A stretch of 64,000 nucleotides of DNA, taken from positions 457,064,001 to 457,128,000 of the forward strand of contig NC_091286.1 in the NCBI RefSeq assembly GCF_032444005.1, written 5' to 3'. A model generated the notes under the pieces. It was not told where the DNA came from and did no database searches. It saw nothing but the letters and a program-made list of their open reading frames with translations. Shown piece after piece: positions 59,201 to 64,000 of the stretch. This stretch comes from Ranitomeya imitator. Lineage: Eukaryota. Both the position numbers and the translations under genes were made by a program. The first letter of the stretch is position 1; the number at the start of each line of letters is the position of its first letter.

Positions 59201-60514
59201 CTGTTTCACATGAGACTCCCAATCATCGGAAAAAATCAAAATATCATCCAAATATACAACCATGAATTTATCAAGATAACTCCGAAAGATATCATGCATG
59301 AAGGATTGGAACACAGATGGAGCATTAGAGAGTCCGAATGGCATCACAAGGTATTCAAAATGGCCTTCGGGCATATTAAATGCAGTTTTCCATTCGTCAC
59401 CCTGCTTAATACGAATAAGATTATATGCCCCTCGAAGGTCAATCTTAGTAAACCAGCTAGCCCCCTTAATCCTAGCAAACAAATCAGTAAGCAAAGGCAA
59501 CGGGTATTGAAATTTGACCGTGATCTTATTCAAGAGGCGATAATCAATACAGGGTCTCGAGCCATCCTTCTTGGCAACAAAAAAAAAACCTGCTCCCAAT
59601 GGTGAAGAAGATGGCCGAATATGCCCCTTCTCCAAAGACTCCTTAATATAGCTCAGCATGGCGGCATGTTCTGGCACAGACAGGTTGAAAAGTCGGCCCT
59701 TAGGGAACTTACAACCTGGAATCAAGTCAATAGCACAATCACAGTCCCTATGAGGTGGAAGGGAACTGGATTTAGGCTCATCAAATACATCCTGGAAATC
59801 TGACAAAAACTCAGGAATTTCAAATGAGGGGGAAGAGGAAATTGACATCAAAGGAATGTAACCATGAACCCCCTGACAACCCCAACTAGTCACAGACATA
59901 GATCTCCAATCCAACACCGGATTATGTAGCTTCAACCATGGAAAACCCAGCACAATATCATCATGTAAATTATGCAACACCAGAAAATGACAATCTTCCT
60001 GATGGGCTGGCGCCATGCGCATGGTCAGCTGTGTCCAAAACTGAGGTTTATTTTTAGCCAACGGTGTAGCATCAATGCCCCTTAAAGGAATAGGGTTCTG
60101 CAAAGGCTGCAAGGGGAAACCACAATGTCTGGCAAATTCTAAGTCCATTAAGTTCAGAGCGGCGCCTGAATCCACAAATGCCATAACAGAAAATGATGAT
60201 AATGAGCAGATCAAGGTCACAGATAACAGAAATTTAGGTTGTACAGTACTGATGGTAACAGAACTAGCGATTCTCTTTGTACGCTTAGGGCAATCAAAAA
60301 TAATATGAGCAGAATCGCCGCAGTAAAAACACAACCTATTCTGACGCCTGAATCTTTGACGTTCAGCTTTAGACAAAATCCTATCACACGGCATAGGCTC
60401 AGGACTCCGCTCAGAGGACGCCACAGTGTGCACAACTCTGCGCTCGCGCAAGCGCCGATCAATCTGAATGGCCAGAGACATAGAATCACTCAGACCAGCA
60501 GGCGTGGGGAACCC
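56216..60514 (-). mobile_element. Ty3/Gypsy chromovirus element 1 (3' LTR 56216-56978 plus gag-end/pol)
   Basis: TG...CA LTR, PPT gggggg-tac next to the LTR, long pol ORF; interrupted at 60515. Confidence 0.95.
56861..60481 (-). CDS. Gag C-terminus / Pol polyprotein: zinc knuckle, protease, RT, RNase H, integrase, chromodomain
   Basis: CFYCGDSAHIIFDC; VDSGA; YLDDILI; YDVGNRELLA; GHPG, ISMDF, SDRGSQF, NGQTER; EYVVDKILDSR...YLVKW...NSWV. Confidence 0.95.
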   Translation of the reverse strand: MSLAIQIDRRLRERRVVHTVASSERSPEPMPCDRILSKAERQRFRRQNRLCFYCGDSAHIIFDCPKRTKRIASSVTISTVQPKFLLSVTLICSLSSFSVMAFVDSGAALNLMDLEFARHCGFPLQPLQNPIPLRGIDATPLAKNKPQFWTQLTMRMAPAHQEDCHFLVLHNLHDDIVLGFPWLKLHNPVLDWRSMSVTSWGCQGVHGYIPLMSISSSPSFEIPEFLSDFQDVFDEPKSSSLPPHRDCDCAIDLIPGCKFPKGRLFNLSVPEHAAMLSYIKESLEKGHIRPSSSPLGAGFFFVAKKDGSRPCIDYRLLNKITVKFQYPLPLLTDLFARIKGASWFTKIDLRGAYNLIRIKQGDEWKTAFNMPEGHFEYLVMPFGLSNAPSVFQSFMHDIFRSYLDKFMVVYLDDILIFSDDWESHVKQVRMVFQILRDNALFVKGSKCLFGVQKVSFLCFIFSPASIEMDPVKVQAIHDWIQPTSVKSLQKFLGFANFYRRFIANFSSVVKPLTDLTKKGADVTNWSSAAVSAFQELKRRFTSAPVLHQPDVSLPFQVEVDASEIGAGAVLSQRNSDGFLMKPCAFFSRKFSPAERNYDVGNRELLAMKWAFEEWRHWLEGAKHRIVVLTDHKNLIYLESAKRLNPRQDRWSLFFSRFEFVVSYIPDTKNVKADALSRSFFPDSPGVLEPVGILKEGVILSAISPDLRRVIQEFQADKPDRCPVGKLFVPDRWTSKVISEVHCSVLAGHPGIFGTRDLVGRSFWWPSLSRDVRSFVKSCGICARAKPCCSRASGLLLPLTVPERPWTHISMDFISDLPVSQRMSVIWVVCDRFSKMVHLVPLPKLPSSSDLVPLFFQHVVRLHGIPENIVSDRGSQFVSRFWRAFCARLGIDLSFSSAFHPQTNGQTERTNQTLETYLRCFVSADQDDWVAFLPLAEFALNNRASSATLVSPFFCNFGFHPRFSSGQVEPSDCSGVDSVVDRQQIWAHVVDNLVLSQEEAQRFANRRWCVGSRLRVGDLVWLSSRHVPMKVSSPKFKPWFIGPYRISEIINPVSFRLALPASFSIHNVFHRSLLRKYVVPVVPSVDPPAPVLIDGELEYVVDKILDSRFSRRRLQYLVKWKCYGQEDNSWVVASDVHADDLVRAFHLARPDRPGGSGEASVTPPQAGGTVVNSALGLPLVVKSGSAAVVGSQHLSGVSIFCNLGWAI

Positions 60515-62960
60515 TGTTATGTCTGCTAATGACAGGTGTTATGAAGGCAATCCAGAAACACAGTGTGCTTAGCGATCAGAGCGCACACAGTGATCTGACA
60601 AATACCCAAAAATACAAGAACGAGCTCTGAGACGTGGAAACTCTGTAGACTGCACACCTGATCCTATCCTAAACACAACTAAAAGCGGCTCTGGATTGCG
60701 CCTAACAACTACCTAGGCAACTCGGCACAGCCTAAGAAACTAGCTAGCCTGAAGATAGAAAAATAGGCCTGACTTGCCCCAGAGAAATTCCCCAAAGGAA
60801 AAGGCAGCCCCCCACATATAATGACTGTGAGTAAGATGAAAAGACAAAACGTAGGGATGAACTAGATTCAGCAAAGTGGGGCCCGATATTCTAGGACAGA
60901 GCGAGGACAGTAAAGCGAACTTTGCAGTCTACAAAAAACCCTAAAGCAAAACCACGCAAAGGGGGCAAAAAAAACCCACCGTGCCGAACTAACGGCACGG
61001 CGGTACACCCTTTGCGTTTCAGAGCTTCCAGCAAAACAAAAGACAAGCTGGACAGAAAAAAAGCAACAAAAAAGCAAAAAGCACTTAGCTATACAGAGCA
61101 GCAGGTCACAGGAACAATCAGGAGAAGCTCAGATCCAACACTGAAACATTGACAAGGAGCAAGGATAGCAGCATCAGGCGGAGTTAAGTAATGAAGCAGT
61201 TAACGAGCTCACCAGAACACCTGAGGGAGGAAGCTCAGAAGCTGCAGTACCACTTGTGACCACAGGAGTGAATTCAGCCACAGAATTCACAACAGTACCC
61301 CCCCCTTGAGGAGGGGTCACCGAACCCTCACCAGAGCCCCCAGGCCGACCAGGATGAGCCGCATGAAAGGCACGAACAAGATCGGAAGCATGAACATCAG
61401 AGGCAAAAACCCAGGAATTATCTTCCTGAGCATAACCCTTCCATTTAACCAGATACTGGAGTTTCCGTCTAGAAACACGAGAATCCAAAATCTTCTCCAC
61501 AATATACTCCAATTCCCCCTCCACCAAAACCGGGGCAGGAGGCTCAACAGATGGAACCATAGGTGCCACGTATCTCCGCAACAACGACCTATGGAATACA
61601 TTATGTATGGAAAAGGAGTCTGGGAGGGTCAAACGAAAAGACACAGGATTGAGAACCTCAGAAATCCTATACGGACCAATAAAACGAGGTTTAAATTTAG
61701 GAGAGGAAACCTTCATAGGAATATGACGAGAAGATAACCAAACCAGATCCCCAACACGAAGTCGGGGACCCACACGGCGTCTGCGATTAGCGAAAAGTTG
61801 AGCTTTCTCCTGGGACAAGATCAAATTGTCCACTACCTGAGTCCAGATCTGCTGCAACCTATCCACCACAGAATCCACACCAGGACAGTCCGAAGACTCA
61901 ACCTGTCCTGAAGAGAAACGAGGATGGAACCCAGAATTGCAAAAAAATGGAGAAACCAAGGTAGCCGAGCTGGCCCGATTATTAAGGGCGAACTCAGCCA
62001 ACGGCAAAAAGGACACCCAATCATCCTGGTCTGCAGAAACTAAACATCTCAGATATGTTTCCAAGGTCTGATTGGTTCGTTCGGTCTGGCCATTAGTCTG
62101 AGGATGGAAAGCCGAGGAAAAGGATAGGTCAATGCCCATCCTACCACAAAAGGCTCGCCAAAACCTTGAAACAAACTGGGAACCTCTGTCAGAAACAATA
62201 TTCTCAGGAATGCCATGCAACCGAACCACATGCTGAAAGAACAAAGGTACCAAATCAGAGGAGGAAGGCAATTTAGCCAAGGGCACCAGATGGACCATTT
62301 TAGAAAAGCGATCACAGACCACCCAAATGACTGACATCTTTTGAGAAACGGGAAGGTCAGAAATGAAATCCATCGAAATATGTGTCCAAGGCCTCTTTGG
62401 GACCGGCAAGGGCAAAAGCAACCCACTGGCACGAGAACAGCAGGGCTTAGCCCTAGCACAAATCCCACAGGACTGCACAAAAGTACGTACATCCCGTGAC
62501 AGAGATGGCCACCAGAAGGATCTAGCCACTAACTCTCTGGTACCAAAGATTCCAGGATGACCAGCCAACACCGAACAATGAAGTTCAGAGATAAGTTTAT
62601 TAGTCCACCTATCAGGGACGAACAGTTTCTCTGCTGGACAACGATCAGGTTTATTCGCCTGAAATTTTTGCAGCACCCGCCGCAAATCAGGGGAGATGGC
62701 AGACACAATGACTCCTTCCTTGAGGATACCCGCTGGCTCAGATAAACCCGGAGAGTCGGGCACAAAACTCCTAGACAGAGCATCCGCCTTCACATTTTTA
62801 GAGCCCGGAAGGTACGAAATCACAAAGTCGAAGCGGGCAAAAAATAACGACCAACGGGCCTGTCTAGGATTCAAGCGCTTGGCAGACTCGAGATAAGTCA
62901 AGTTCTTATGATCAGTCAATACCACCACGCGATGCTTAGCTCCTTCAAGCCAATGACGCC
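60515..62960 (-). mobile_element. Ty3/Gypsy chromovirus element 2 (3' LTR 60515-61294 plus integrase/chromodomain), nested in element 1
   Basis: LTR tgttatg...cacaaca; PPT; ORF 61174-62960 closely similar to the element 1 pol. Confidence 0.93.
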
Positions 62961-64000
62961 TGTTATGGCTGGCAATCAGGCAACACAGCGTGCAGTAATC
63001 AGCGCACATACAGAGATCTGGCAATAACCAAAAACAATAGGACGAGCTCTGAGACGTGCAATCTCTGTAGACTGCAGTACCTGATCTATCCTCACACAAC
63101 TATAAGCAGCAGTGGATTGCGCCTAACAACTACCTATGCAACTCGGCACTGCCTGAGGAGCTGACTAGCCTGAAGATAGAAATACAAGCCTGACTTACCT
63201 CAGAGAAATACCCCAAAGGAACAGGCAGCCCCCCACACATAATGACTGTTAGCAAGATGAAAAGACAAACGTAGGAACGAAATAGATTCAGCAAAGTGAG
63301 GCCCGATATTCTAGACAGAGCGAGGATAGCAAAGAGAACTATGCAGTCTACAAAAAACCCTAAAACGAAAACCACGCAAAGGGGCAAAAAGACCCACCGT
63401 GCCGAACTAACAGCACGGCGGTGCACCCCTCTGCTTCTCAGAGCTTCCAGCAAAAGACAATAGCAAGCTGGACAGAAAAAAACAGAAAACAAACTAGAAG
63501 CACTTATCTAGCAGAGCAGCAGGCCCAAGGAAAGATGCAGTAGCTCAGATCCAACACTGGAACATTGACAAGGAGCAAGGAAGACAGACTCAGGTGGAGC
63601 TAAATAGCAAGGCAGCCAACGAGCTCACCAAAACACCTGAGGGAGGAAGCCCAGAGACTGCAATACCACTTGTGACCACAGAAGTGAACTCAGCCACAGA
63701 ATTCACAACAGTACCCCCCCCTTGAGGAGGGGTCACCGAACCCTCACCAGAACCCCCAGGCCGACCAGGATGAGCCACATGAAAGGCACGAACAAGATCT
63801 GGGGCATGGACATCAGAGGCAAAAACCCAGGAATTATCTTCCTGAGCATAACCCTTCCATTTGACCAGATACTGGAGTTTCCGTCTAGAGACACGAGAAT
63901 CCAAAATCTTCTCCACAATATACTCCAATTCCCCCTCCACCAAAACAGGGGCAGGAGGCTCCACAGATGGAACCATAGGTGCCACGTATCTCCTCAACAA
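62961..64000 (-). mobile_element. Ty3/Gypsy chromovirus element 3 (3' LTR 62961-63710 plus chromodomain), nested in element 2; runs off the window
   Basis: LTR tgttatg...cacaaca; PPT; ORF 63590-64000 with a chromodomain. Confidence 0.92.

Noticed and set aside
56906-62896. Numerous + strand ORFs overlapping Gypsy pol
   Set aside because: Antisense shadows of the pol frame with no recognisable motifs.

Overview
Eukaryotic vertebrate DNA. The repeat content (T2/Kolobok and Harbinger MITEs, piggyBac-type TTAA elements, DIRS, Neptune-type Penelope elements) suggests an anuran; this is inference. The only host gene is CCDC39 on the + strand: nine coding exons (equivalent to human exons 2-10; 1272 nt in total, all AG/GT bounded, continuous frame) spread over about 47.5 kb. 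The introns are filled with often nested transposons: a structurally complete DIRS tyrosine-recombinase retrotransposon, a near-complete hAT, a Tc1, three same-orientation nested chromodomain Ty3/Gypsy elements, two Helitrons, two piggyBac-type non-autonomous elements, L2/CR1 LINE fragments, a V-SINE, solo LTRs, MITEs and minisatellites. The most striking pattern is four Penelope-like (PLE) insertions of unrelated sequence that share one architecture: a 14-15 bp target-site duplication, a head-to-head inverted duplication of the element 3' end, a tail on one arm only (58-61 nt in three cases), and hammerhead-ribozyme motifs in the arms. Inverted pLTRs, tails and hammerheads are known for PLEs in general. 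The tight TSD and tail geometry, a deletion breakpoint at a predicted ribozyme cleavage site, and ribozymes on the host sense strand paired with their own antisense copy merit follow-up. No database searches or alignments were run; all family assignments come from motif recognition.
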